Source of the DNA: Alphaproteobacteria bacterium
GTDB taxonomy: Bacteria; Pseudomonadota; Alphaproteobacteria; UBA8366; GCA-2717185
Assembly (NCBI GenBank): GCA_028822585.1
Contig: JAPKDL010000005.1
Span: 16,528 to 80,527, forward strand
Direction: 5' to 3'
Length of the DNA stretch: 64,000 nucleotides
Both the position numbers and the translations under genes were made by a program. Shown one piece after another: positions 18,648 through 27,784 of this stretch. Numbering within the stretch: position 1 is the first letter of the stretch; every line of letters starts with the position of its first letter. The notes beneath the pieces are model-generated. The model did no database searches. It saw only the letters and a list, made by a program, of their open reading frames with translations, and was not told the DNA's origin.

Positions 18648-19823
18648 CTACCCGAGTCGGTAGTCGAGCCCATCCTTCGCACAAACGCCAGGATGGTTCG
18701 CTAGATTTTTCATGTCCAGATCGATCCCGAGCCCTGGCGCGCCAGAGAGATGAAACTTGCCATCGGCGATTCGATGCCCGCAATCCTGCACAACTGAGTC
18801 ATAGAGCGGCGTTTCACCGACTTGCAATTCAAGCCAACTAAAGTTGGACAACCCGACGCAAGCATGCGCAGACGCCGCCGTGCAAACAGGTCCCGTCGGG
18901 TTATGCGGCGCGATGGTCATCGAAAATCCTGCGGCAGCGCTCGCAATCGCATGAATACCAGCGATCCCACCGCAATACTTAACGTCCGGCATCAACACAT
19001 CATGAGACTCGGCGGCACCGAATATCCCGACATCGCGCGCTGACACCATGGTCTCGCATCCCGACGTAATAATTCCATGCGGCGCGGCCAATTTTCGCAA
19101 CTTCGCCCACCCTGCCAAAGCGTCGCCATGTTCTGACATCGGACACTCGATCCAGTGCGGACGAAGCGGGGCTAATTGTGCGACCAGCGCCTCCACATCG
19201 TCCGCGCCAAGCCGCCAATGGCAATCGATCAACAAGGCCGTTTCCACGCCAATGGCACCGCGAATTGCGGCGACCCTTTCGACGCCCACTCTAATGCGCC
19301 GATTACGTTCAGAATCATCCATTTCAGCCTTGGCTATGCCGCTGGGCAAAACACCATCAAACGGCGCGATCTTCACCGCGGCGAAACCCGCATTCAACGC
19401 ATCCGTTGCTTGTTTCGCACAGCCTTCGGGTGACCGGTCCCGCGTCGCGCGGTTGATGTTGGCATAAAGCAAAATTTCCTGGCGTTGACTCGGTCCAAAA
19501 TAGTCATGCGCCGGACGCCCCGCGCGCTTGCCCCAAATATCGTTCAACGCCTGTTCGATTGCACTCGACGCCGCATGCCACGCCCGACCGCCGGCCGCAT
19601 GCGGTTGAGGAACCAACAGGCGCCGTGCGACGTCTTCCAGCATCCCGCGCAAATCTTCCGCCCGCCGTTCAACGGCCAACTTTACGAAATCCTCGTACCC
19701 ATTCAAACTCGCCTCGCCCCACCCATAGAGGCCATCTTCCGAGGTCACCTTTACAAAAATCCAATTCGTGCGAGCCGATACGCCGAAAACAAACGCTTCA
19801 ATAGCCTCGATTTTATTTGTCAT
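18648..19823 (-). CDS. Enolase-superfamily enzyme (mandelate racemase/muconate lactonizing family; acid-sugar dehydratase-like)
   Basis: 391 aa. 'NWIFVKVTSEDGLYGWGEASL' is an N-terminal capping-domain motif typical of GalD/ManD-like members. Confidence 0.75.
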   Translation of the reverse strand: MTNKIEAIEAFVFGVSARTNWIFVKVTSEDGLYGWGEASLNGYEDFVKLAVERRAEDLRGMLEDVARRLLVPQPHAAGGRAWHAASSAIEQALNDIWGKRAGRPAHDYFGPSQRQEILLYANINRATRDRSPEGCAKQATDALNAGFAAVKIAPFDGVLPSGIAKAEMDDSERNRRIRVGVERVAAIRGAIGVETALLIDCHWRLGADDVEALVAQLAPLRPHWIECPMSEHGDALAGWAKLRKLAAPHGIITSGCETMVSARDVGIFGAAESHDVLMPDVKYCGGIAGIHAIASAAAGFSMTIAPHNPTGPVCTAASAHACVGLSNFSWLELQVGETPLYDSVVQDCGHRIADGKFHLSGAPGLGIDLDMKNLANHPGVCAKDGLDYRLG

Positions 19824-19828
19824 GTTTT

Positions 19829-20761
19829 TTAAGCCTGCGCCGCTTCGGCCAAACCGGGCATGTCAAAGTTCCGCTGCATCAAGCCGGACAACAATTCGGC
19901 CTTTTGCGCATCGCTCAACGCCATCAATGGGGGCCGCACAGTTTCCCAGGACGCATCGCCGCTGTAATGTGCCGACGCGACCTTTAACGCCGGAATCATC
20001 GGGAAGGGCTGAAAGACGCCGCGAATATCATCTAGCGCCGCCTGTTTATCGTCAGCGTCGGGTGCTTGCCAGTTTTCATGCAAATTGGCGATGGCGGCGG
20101 GGTTGACGTTAGCTGTCGCGGAAATGCACCCCGCGCCGCCCGCGCGCATGTTCTGCAGCAAAAACGTCTCGCTGCCCGCCAAGACGCGGAAGTCATCCCA
20201 ACCGCGCTTGATCATGCCTTCGGTGTTGCCCCAATCACCGGAACTGTCCTTCACGCCGACGACGGTTTCGGGATAGGCCCCCACCAGCCGCTCAATTAGA
20301 TCAAGCGATAGGCCGACCTGGGAAACGGGGGGAATATGATAGAGGTAGATCCGCAAATTCGAACTGCCGACCCGTTCGATGACCTCTGCAAAGCAACGGT
20401 ACAATCCATCGTCGCTGACGCCTTTGTAATAAAACGGCGGCAACATCAAAACACCACCGCAACCGGCCTTCACCGCATGCGCTGTCATTTTCACGGAATC
20501 GCCGAGGGCGCAGCACCCGGTGCCGGGCATCAGCTTTACCGGGTCAATGCCAGCGTCGATCAAACGGTCGAGCAAATCGAGTTTTTCTTCAACCGTTAAC
20601 GAATTAGCTTCACTGTTCGTGCCAAACACGGAGAGCCCCACATTTTGCGACAACATCCATCGGCATTGTTGAATAAACCGTTCAGCATCGGGGCTCAAAT
20701 CCTCGTTAAAAGGTGTAATAACCGGGGTTAAAACGCCGGAAAATCGCTCAGGTGCGCTCAT
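19829..20761 (-). CDS. Dihydrodipicolinate synthase/N-acetylneuraminate lyase family class I aldolase
   Basis: 'GVLTPVITPF', 'FGTNSEANSLT', 'YLYHIP' and 'VGVKDSSG' (Schiff-base Lys) are present. I chose ATG 20761, which is preceded by GAGGAA. The track start is 20797. Confidence 0.8.
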   Translation of the reverse strand: MSAPERFSGVLTPVITPFNEDLSPDAERFIQQCRWMLSQNVGLSVFGTNSEANSLTVEEKLDLLDRLIDAGIDPVKLMPGTGCCALGDSVKMTAHAVKAGCGGVLMLPPFYYKGVSDDGLYRCFAEVIERVGSSNLRIYLYHIPPVSQVGLSLDLIERLVGAYPETVVGVKDSSGDWGNTEGMIKRGWDDFRVLAGSETFLLQNMRAGGAGCISATANVNPAAIANLHENWQAPDADDKQAALDDIRGVFQPFPMIPALKVASAHYSGDASWETVRPPLMALSDAQKAELLSGLMQRNFDMPGLAEAAQA

Positions 20762-20890
20762 GGTGATGGTTCCTCTCAGGGAATTCTGCGAAAGCACACC
20801 CGTCGTAACGTGATTGGGCAGATTTGTCGACAGGCTGGACGAGGTTAACCTTCCCCCTTAACCTGACGCAGTATTTCAGGGAGCGACGCT

Positions 20891-22918
20891 GTGACCAACA
20901 AACTTCATTTTGACATTACCGACTGCACGCCCTTCGCCGAGGGTCATGAATTTGGCGACGCTGGCGCCTATGAACGGCTGCGCGGTTGGGTGCGTTACGC
21001 TGTCGATCCCAATGCGCCCGCGCAATCCACCGTCGTCGATATCGACAAGGCGCCGGTAAACGCCGAAGGGTTGGTCGAATTTTCCGCCGAAGTTTACATC
21101 CTACGCCCAGTGGACTCGGCCAAAGGCAATAAACGCGTGTTTTACGACTACGGCAATCGCGGCAGCCTGCGCGCGGTGCAGTACTTCAACGAAGCCCCTC
21201 ATTCAAACGACCCCACGACGTTGGAACACTCGGGTAACGGTTATTTCTTCCGCCGCGGATATACGTTGGTGTGGAGCGCCTGGCAGGGTGATTTGTTGCC
21301 CGGTGACGACCGTGTTGTGATGGAGTTGCCCGTCGCCACCGACGGCGGCAAGCCAATCACCGGCATGGTCCGCCAAGAATTTATCCCTGCCGAACCAAAA
21401 TTTTGTTTCCCCTTATCCGGCAGACCCGCCACGCGAAGCCACCCCACCACATCGCTGGACACGTCCAAAGCCAGTTTGACCAAGCGACGTTATCCAGCAT
21501 CCGAACGCATCGCTATTCCCAGCGACAAATGGCGGTACGCCCTATCGCTAAGCGGCACCGGCGTATCCGGCGAAACCGCCACGCGCGGCGCCAGTGAAAA
21601 TTCGATCATTCCATCCCCGCAATTCATCTATCTGGACGAAGGCTTCCAGCCCGGTTGGATCTATGAGCTGATTTACGAAGCCCACAGCCCGCTGGTGATG
21701 GGGTTAGGTCATGTCGCGGTGCGGGATTTAGTCAGCTTCCTGAAATACAACGATGTCGACGCCAAGGGCGCGCCCAGTCCCGTGGGCCCGGTGGAAAAAG
21801 CGTATGGCTGGGGTCGGTCACAAACCGGACGCTGCCTGCGCGATTTTCTGTACCGAGGATTCAACGCAGATGCGCAAGGTAGAAAGGTGTTCGACGGCGC
21901 CATACCCCATGTCGCGGGCGCAGGCCGAATGTGGCTCAACCATCGCTTCGCCAATGCGGTTTCGATGGCGGGTCAACAATACGAAGACCATTACATTCTG
22001 GCCGACCAATTTCCGTTCGCCTACGCAGAAAGCACCGATCACCTAACCGGCAAGACCGACGCCATCTTAAAACGCCCCGACACCGACCCGCATGTCATGC
22101 ACACGCAAACAGCGTCGGAATACTGGCAACGCCGGGGCTCGTTGGCGCACACCGACACGCAAGGGAATGACCTGCCGGAACCGGACAACGTGCGCCTGTA
22201 TCTATGGTCCAGTTCGCAGCATCAGGCGAATCCCATCGACGCCACGCCCGTCAGAGGCGTCTGCCAGAATTTGAACAACAACGTGAACACGGCGATGATC
22301 TTCCGCGCCTTGTTGGACGCCATGGATGATTGGGTCACCAATGATGCGCCGCCGCCGGACTCGCGTATTCCCAAGCGCGAAGACGGCACTATGGCGACTT
22401 ATAAGGAATGGCGCGAACAATTCCCTGACATCCCAGGGCAAATGGTAACGACCGGCCCCGCTGGCCTGCCGCTGGTGGATCATGGCCCGGATGTGGATCG
22501 CGGCCTTCTAACCACATTTCCGCCGGAAATCGTAGACTTAGACGGTTACACCATTCAAATTCCCGCTGTGGATTCCGACGGTAACGACGTCGCAGGCATT
22601 CGCGCGCCCATGGTGCAGGCACCGCTCGGCACTTATACTGGATGGAACACGCGCCGTCAGGGCTACGGCACCGGCGCGAATTATGAATTCAGCGGCAGCT
22701 ACATTCCGTTCATGGATTCACCGGAAGAACGCAATTTCATCAGCGATCCCCGGCCCTCCATATTGGAACGCTATGCGACGCCGGAAGGCTACGTCGACGC
22801 CATCGAGGAAGCCGCCAAAAGATTAGTTTCCGACCGCCTAATGTTGGAAGAGGATATCGAGCGGACAAAAAATTGCGCCAGCGATTGGGGTCGCCCACGC
22901 CATACAACAAAGCTTTAA
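20891..22918 (+). CDS. Conserved hypothetical 675-aa protein (possibly the 'alpha/beta hydrolase domain-containing' family of large uncharacterised proteins)
   Basis: It is a long uninterrupted ORF with a GTG start after AGGGAG. The N-terminus 'FAEGHEFGDAGAYERLRGWVRYAVDPNAP...VDIDKAP' resembles a family I recall only as uncharacterised. I identified no catalytic motif. Confidence 0.5.
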   Translation: MTNKLHFDITDCTPFAEGHEFGDAGAYERLRGWVRYAVDPNAPAQSTVVDIDKAPVNAEGLVEFSAEVYILRPVDSAKGNKRVFYDYGNRGSLRAVQYFNEAPHSNDPTTLEHSGNGYFFRRGYTLVWSAWQGDLLPGDDRVVMELPVATDGGKPITGMVRQEFIPAEPKFCFPLSGRPATRSHPTTSLDTSKASLTKRRYPASERIAIPSDKWRYALSLSGTGVSGETATRGASENSIIPSPQFIYLDEGFQPGWIYELIYEAHSPLVMGLGHVAVRDLVSFLKYNDVDAKGAPSPVGPVEKAYGWGRSQTGRCLRDFLYRGFNADAQGRKVFDGAIPHVAGAGRMWLNHRFANAVSMAGQQYEDHYILADQFPFAYAESTDHLTGKTDAILKRPDTDPHVMHTQTASEYWQRRGSLAHTDTQGNDLPEPDNVRLYLWSSSQHQANPIDATPVRGVCQNLNNNVNTAMIFRALLDAMDDWVTNDAPPPDSRIPKREDGTMATYKEWREQFPDIPGQMVTTGPAGLPLVDHGPDVDRGLLTTFPPEIVDLDGYTIQIPAVDSDGNDVAGIRAPMVQAPLGTYTGWNTRRQGYGTGANYEFSGSYIPFMDSPEERNFISDPRPSILERYATPEGYVDAIEEAAKRLVSDRLMLEEDIERTKNCASDWGRPRHTTKL

Positions 22919-22945
22919 CAACCAAACATCTTTGGGAGAAAATTC

Positions 22946-23887
22946 ATGAATCTAGCCAAAAATTTAGCAGGAAAATCCGCCATCGTCACTGGCGCCGGGC
23001 GCGGCATAGGCCGTGGAATCGCCATGTTGCTGGCCAAAGAAGGCGCCAGCGTCATCGTTAACGATCCCGGCGTGGGACGCGGCGGCGAAGCGGAAGACAC
23101 GAGCCCGGCGGACGACGTCGTTGCGGAAATCACCGCAGCGGGTGGAACCGCCATCGCCAACAAGGACTCGGTCGCCGACTACGCCAACGCCGGGCGTATG
23201 ATCAAGCAATGCGTGGACACTTATGGCAAGCTAGACATCCTGGTGAACGTTGCAGGCATGTTGCGCGAACGCATGATCTGGAACATGACCGAAGACGATT
23301 TCGATCAGGTCATTTCGGTTCATCTGAAAGGCCACTGGAATATGTGCCATCACGCCACCAAGGTGATGCGCACCGCGCGCCAGGGCCGCATTATTAATTT
23401 CTCCTCCGACGCTTTCAAAGGCGCCATCGGGCAATGTAACTATTCCGCCGCCAAGGCGGGCATTATTGGCCTGACGCGATCCATCGCACGGGAATGCGGG
23501 CGCTACGGCATCACCGCCAACGCCATCTGCCCTATGGCAGCCACACGCATGACCGTAAACGATGCGGTCATCGCCGGTTGGCAACGCCGTCTGGACGCCG
23601 GGCTTCTAACACAATCGCAATATGACGCGCGCATGGCGATGCCGGGGCCAGAGTTTGTGGCACCCATCGTCGCATATCTGAGCACGGATGACGCGGAAGA
23701 CGTCAACGGACAATTGTTCCACGCCGAACGTTCGCGTGTTCACACGTATTATTTTGGCGAAGAGGCGCGGTCGATATACAAGGAAGACGATGGCGGCATG
23801 TTCACCGTGGATGAATTGAAGTCGATGGTGCCCGAAGGGTTAATGGCTGGCATCCCCAACATCGCTCCGCGCGAAGACCCCAAGTAA
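22946..23887 (+). CDS. SDR family oxidoreductase with C-terminal extension
   Basis: 313 aa with 'VTGAGRGIGRGIA' (TGxxxGxG) and 'YSAAKAG' (YxxxK). Confidence 0.85.
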   Translation: MNLAKNLAGKSAIVTGAGRGIGRGIAMLLAKEGASVIVNDPGVGRGGEAEDTSPADDVVAEITAAGGTAIANKDSVADYANAGRMIKQCVDTYGKLDILVNVAGMLRERMIWNMTEDDFDQVISVHLKGHWNMCHHATKVMRTARQGRIINFSSDAFKGAIGQCNYSAAKAGIIGLTRSIARECGRYGITANAICPMAATRMTVNDAVIAGWQRRLDAGLLTQSQYDARMAMPGPEFVAPIVAYLSTDDAEDVNGQLFHAERSRVHTYYFGEEARSIYKEDDGGMFTVDELKSMVPEGLMAGIPNIAPREDPK

Positions 23888-23903
23888 CCTAGCGGGTCAC
23901 CAA

Positions 23904-26339
23904 ATGTCAAAACCTCTTCCCGGCCATGCCCGCGTTGTCATCATTGGCGGCGGCGTGGCCGGGTGCGCCGTGGCCTATCATCTAGCAAAAATAGGCATCA
24001 CCGATGTCGTGCTGATGGAGCGAAAGCAACTGACCAGCGGCACCACCTGGCACGCCGCTGGTCTGATCGGACAATTGCGCGCCACCAAAAACCTGACAGA
24101 GCTGGCGAAATACACCGCCGAACTCTACGCCAATCTGGAAGCTGAAACCGGACAGGCGACGGGCTTCAAACAAAACGGCTCCCTAAGTCTCGCCACAACG
24201 CATGAACGATTGGAGGAATGGCGGCGCGCCGCCGATATGGCAAAAGTCTTTGGATTAGAGGTGGAAGAGGTCAGCCTCGCCGAAGCGCAAGCACTGCACC
24301 CGTTGATCAATGTGGACGATCTGGTCGGCGCCGTCTTCCTGCCGAAAGACGGACAGATCAACCCCGCTGACGTGACGCAAGCTATGGCAAAGGGCGCGCG
24401 CAGCGCCGGAATTGGCATATTTGAGAACATCAAGGTCACGGCAATCACCCAGAAGGATAGCCGGGTCACTGGCGTACGCACAGACCAAGGCGATATCACC
24501 TGCGATGTGATCGTCAATTGCGCGGGCATGTGGGGCCAGGATGTCGGCGCGATGGCGGGTGTCGGCGTGCCCCTGCACGCCTGTGAACATTTCTATGTGG
24601 TGACCGAACCTATCGAGGGTGCAACCCCCACCCTGCCTGTGCTGCGCGACCAGGACAATTACGCCTATTACAAGGAAGACGCCGGAAAAATTTTGCTTGG
24701 CGCCTTCGAGCCCAACGCAAAGCCTTGGGGCATGGACGGCATTTCCAACGATTTCTGCTTCGATGAAATACCCCCGGACATCGACCACTTCATGCCGGTG
24801 TTGGAACGCGCCATCAAGCGTATGCCCGCACTGGAAACGGCCGGGATCCGCACCTGGTTCTGCGGCCCGGAAAGTTTCACCCCGGACGACCGCTACCATC
24901 TGGGCGAAGCACCCAACCTGAAAGGATTCTTCATCGCCTGTGGATTCAACTCCATCGGCATCCAATCAGCGGGCGGCGTTGGCAAGGTGCTGGCGGATTG
25001 GATCAAGGACGGCCATCCGCCCCTGGATTTATGGGACGTGGATATCCGCCGCAACATGCCGTTCCAGACCAACTGCAAATATCTACACGACCGGGTCACC
25101 GAAGGCCTGGGTTTACTCTACGCGGAACATTGGCCGTTCCGGCAATACGAGACTGCGCGCGGCGTGCGCAAGTCAGTCCTGCATGATCGCCTGGCCAAGG
25201 TGGGCGCTTGTTTTGGGGAAACCGCAGGCTGGGAACGCGCCAACTGGTTCGCCCCAAAAGGCGTCGCGCCCGTGTATGAATATTCTTACGGACGGCAAAA
25301 TTGGTTCGACCACTCTGCCGCCGAACACAATGCGGTGCGGGAAAATATTGGCCTGTTCGACTTAACCTCTTTTGCTAATTTTACAGTACAAGGATCTGAT
25401 TCTAAAGCAACTTTAAACAAAATATGCGCCAACAATGTTGATGTCGCGCCGGGCCGGACCATCTACACCCAATGGCTCAATGAACGCGGCGGCATCGAAG
25501 CCGACTTGACCGTCACCCGCATCGCCGAAGATGAATATTTCATCGTCACGGCAGGTGCGACGCAAATTCGCGACTTCCAGTGGCTGAAGGATCACATCGG
25601 CGACGCCCGCGCTACGGTAACGGACGTAACGGCAGGATACGCGGTGCTGGCGATCATGGGACCCAACGCACGCACTTTTCTCGCCACGATCACCGGCGCC
25701 GACCTTTCCAACGACGCCTTCCCATTTGGCGCCAGTCAGGAGATTGACATCGGATACGGGCGCGTGCGCGCAACACGGCTGTCCTATGTCGGCGAATTGG
25801 GCTGGGAACTCTATATTCCCACCGACATGGCCCAACACGTATACGACGTAATCGTGGAAGCGGGCGCGGCGTTCGAATTAAAACATGCGGGATATCACGC
25901 ACTAAATTCCCTGCGCATCGAAAAAGCCTACCGCCATTGGGGTCACGACATCACCGACGAAGACACCCCGTTGGAAGCCGGACTGGGTTTCGCGGTGGCG
26001 TGGGACAAACCGGGCGGTTTCATCGGTCGCGACGTCCTCTTGCGTCAACGCGAAGACGGCGTGCGCAAATGCCTGATGCAATTCCTGCTGAGCGACCCCA
26101 CCAAACTGCTGTACCACAACGAACCCATCTGGCGCGAAGGTGCGTTGGCGGGATACATCACGTCCGCTATGTACGGCCACACGCTGGGCGGCTCCGTAGG
26201 GCTCGGCTACATCACCGGCGAACCGGGCGACGACTCGCTCACCGGCGCCTACGAAATCAGCGTTGCGGGTGAACGCGTCCCAGCGGCAGCATCGCTACGC
26301 CCCATGTATGACCCGGCGAGCAAGCGGCTGCGGGGGTAG
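23904..26339 (+). CDS. FAD-dependent oxidoreductase fused to GcvT-type aminomethyltransferase domain (dimethylglycine/sarcosine dehydrogenase family)
   Basis: 811 aa. 'VVIIGGGVAGCAVAYHLAK' is a dinucleotide-binding motif. The C-terminal half has folate-binding GcvT-like segments ('GLFDLTSF', 'SYVGELGWELY'). Confidence 0.85.
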   Translation: MSKPLPGHARVVIIGGGVAGCAVAYHLAKIGITDVVLMERKQLTSGTTWHAAGLIGQLRATKNLTELAKYTAELYANLEAETGQATGFKQNGSLSLATTHERLEEWRRAADMAKVFGLEVEEVSLAEAQALHPLINVDDLVGAVFLPKDGQINPADVTQAMAKGARSAGIGIFENIKVTAITQKDSRVTGVRTDQGDITCDVIVNCAGMWGQDVGAMAGVGVPLHACEHFYVVTEPIEGATPTLPVLRDQDNYAYYKEDAGKILLGAFEPNAKPWGMDGISNDFCFDEIPPDIDHFMPVLERAIKRMPALETAGIRTWFCGPESFTPDDRYHLGEAPNLKGFFIACGFNSIGIQSAGGVGKVLADWIKDGHPPLDLWDVDIRRNMPFQTNCKYLHDRVTEGLGLLYAEHWPFRQYETARGVRKSVLHDRLAKVGACFGETAGWERANWFAPKGVAPVYEYSYGRQNWFDHSAAEHNAVRENIGLFDLTSFANFTVQGSDSKATLNKICANNVDVAPGRTIYTQWLNERGGIEADLTVTRIAEDEYFIVTAGATQIRDFQWLKDHIGDARATVTDVTAGYAVLAIMGPNARTFLATITGADLSNDAFPFGASQEIDIGYGRVRATRLSYVGELGWELYIPTDMAQHVYDVIVEAGAAFELKHAGYHALNSLRIEKAYRHWGHDITDEDTPLEAGLGFAVAWDKPGGFIGRDVLLRQREDGVRKCLMQFLLSDPTKLLYHNEPIWREGALAGYITSAMYGHTLGGSVGLGYITGEPGDDSLTGAYEISVAGERVPAAASLRPMYDPASKRLRG

Positions 26340-26395
26340 CGCTTAGCAACGCTGCTGAAAATCAATTTGGCACACCCTTGCATTTTGAAAAATAC

Positions 26396-26422
26396 GTCAT
26401 TCCCGCGAAGGCGGGTATCCAG
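26396..26422. repeat. REP-like palindromic element 'GTCATTCCCGCGAAGGCGGGTATCCAG'
   Basis: It has a 5-bp GC stem (cccgc/gcggg) with a GAAG loop and lies in a convergent intergenic gap. The sequence type recurs widely in proteobacterial intergenic regions, as far as I remember. Confidence 0.6.
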
Positions 26423-26457
26423 TTAGATGGTGGAGATTTCGAGAATTTTAGCCCCTA

Positions 26458-27162
26458 TTAATCCAATTCCATCCCGAGTTCATCACCATAAACGCGCCGT
26501 CCTTTTGACGTAACAGTGACGGACCGCGTTCCCTCGACGCGGCGGATCCAGCCTTCGGTGAAACTGTGCGTGCATAAGGCGTCGCCGACGGTGCCCGCGA
26601 TATGGGGGCGCCGCTCGCTCCAATCCAAGCACGGACGACAGAGGGCGCGTTTCGACGCCTTGCGGCGAGAGGCCATGAGTGCCTCGATATCAATCCCAAT
26701 CCCGTTCAAAAATTTAACACCCGCGTTTGTCACCGCACCGGAACCTTCAGAGAACTCAACGTAACCGGCGTCGACCAAGGCGTCCGCGAGCGCGATTCCC
26801 ACCCCACCGGCGAGATGATTGTAACAGGTTCGCCCCGCCCGCATGGTTTTGTCACGGGGGCCTACAGAAATGCGCGCAGGGTCCCATGTCGCGGCGTCCG
26901 GCATAATGCGTTCCACTATTTGTACTATCGCCGGTGACGCCAATCGATAGTAATCGCGGCGGCGATGTTGCAGGACGCCCAGCAATCCCGTTTCATCTAT
27001 GCGCGCCAGATGATCTTTAGCGATTTGTGGCGTAACCCCTGCGGCGCGAGCTAATTCCGGTGCCGTCAACGCGCGCCCGCGCCTTAAGGCGTTGAGCATC
27101 CCCGCGCAGATCGGACTCTCCGCAAGCATCGCCAGCGCCGAAATTTTAGCAATAGCAGCCAT
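26458..27162 (-). CDS. ArsR-type winged-HTH transcriptional regulator with C-terminal extension
   Basis: 234 aa. The N-terminal HTH is 'LTAPELARAAGVTPQIAKDHLARIDETGLL...RRRDYYRL', and 'CYNHLAG' is also present. The gene is divergent from 27277.. Confidence 0.7.
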   Translation of the reverse strand: MAAIAKISALAMLAESPICAGMLNALRRGRALTAPELARAAGVTPQIAKDHLARIDETGLLGVLQHRRRDYYRLASPAIVQIVERIMPDAATWDPARISVGPRDKTMRAGRTCYNHLAGGVGIALADALVDAGYVEFSEGSGAVTNAGVKFLNGIGIDIEALMASRRKASKRALCRPCLDWSERRPHIAGTVGDALCTHSFTEGWIRRVEGTRSVTVTSKGRRVYGDELGMELD

Positions 27163-27276
27163 GTGTGAATCCCCTGTGAAGGCGTTATCAGTATACGCAT
27201 ATCCATCTAATTCAGACCACAGCGCCGTTGTCGCAATCCTGATCGTGCGCTACCGTGGCACCCGAAAGGACCACGC

Positions 27277-27771
27277 ATGACCGGAGGACAGCATCCAAAA
27301 CAATTTGGGGTACTAAGCGTCGATGACCGGCAGGGTTATAGCGGGTTGGCATTTGTCCAGGCGCTGGTCTCGGGAGCACTCCCCCACAATAACATGGTCC
27401 GCACGTTGGGCTACGATATCCTCGAGGCGTCGGAGGGTTGCGTCATTGTCATCGCGACGCCGAATACGGACCACCTCAACCCAGCAGGTGGCGTGCATGG
27501 CGGACTGGCCGCGACCTTGCTCGATTCGGCCATGGGGCTGGCCGTGCAATCCACATTGGGCCAAGGCCTGGGGTCGACCACCTTGGAATTCAAGATTTTT
27601 CTGCTGCGGCCCGTCACACCGAATACCGGTCTGATCCGCGCCGAAGGACAGGTCTTGAAGGCGGGCTGCCGGGTCAGCACGACGGAGGGAAAGTTAACCG
27701 ACAGCCAAAACCGGCTACTCGCCCACGCCACGACAACCTGTTTGGTCTTTGAATACCCACCCGAAGGGTAG
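27277..27771 (+). CDS. PaaI-family hotdog-fold thioesterase
   Basis: 164 aa. 'GGVHGGLAATLLDSAMGLAV' is characteristic of PaaI/YbgC-like thioesterases. Confidence 0.75.
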   Translation: MTGGQHPKQFGVLSVDDRQGYSGLAFVQALVSGALPHNNMVRTLGYDILEASEGCVIVIATPNTDHLNPAGGVHGGLAATLLDSAMGLAVQSTLGQGLGSTTLEFKIFLLRPVTPNTGLIRAEGQVLKAGCRVSTTEGKLTDSQNRLLAHATTTCLVFEYPPEG

Positions 27772-27784
27772 AGGCGGCACAATC

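Noticed and set aside
20843-20863. The hairpin ggttaa-N9-ttaacc in the divergent promoter region, considered as an operator or riboswitch.
   Set aside because: It has only a 6-bp AT-rich stem. No regulator gene is adjacent and I noticed no second copy. That is insufficient to call a regulatory site.
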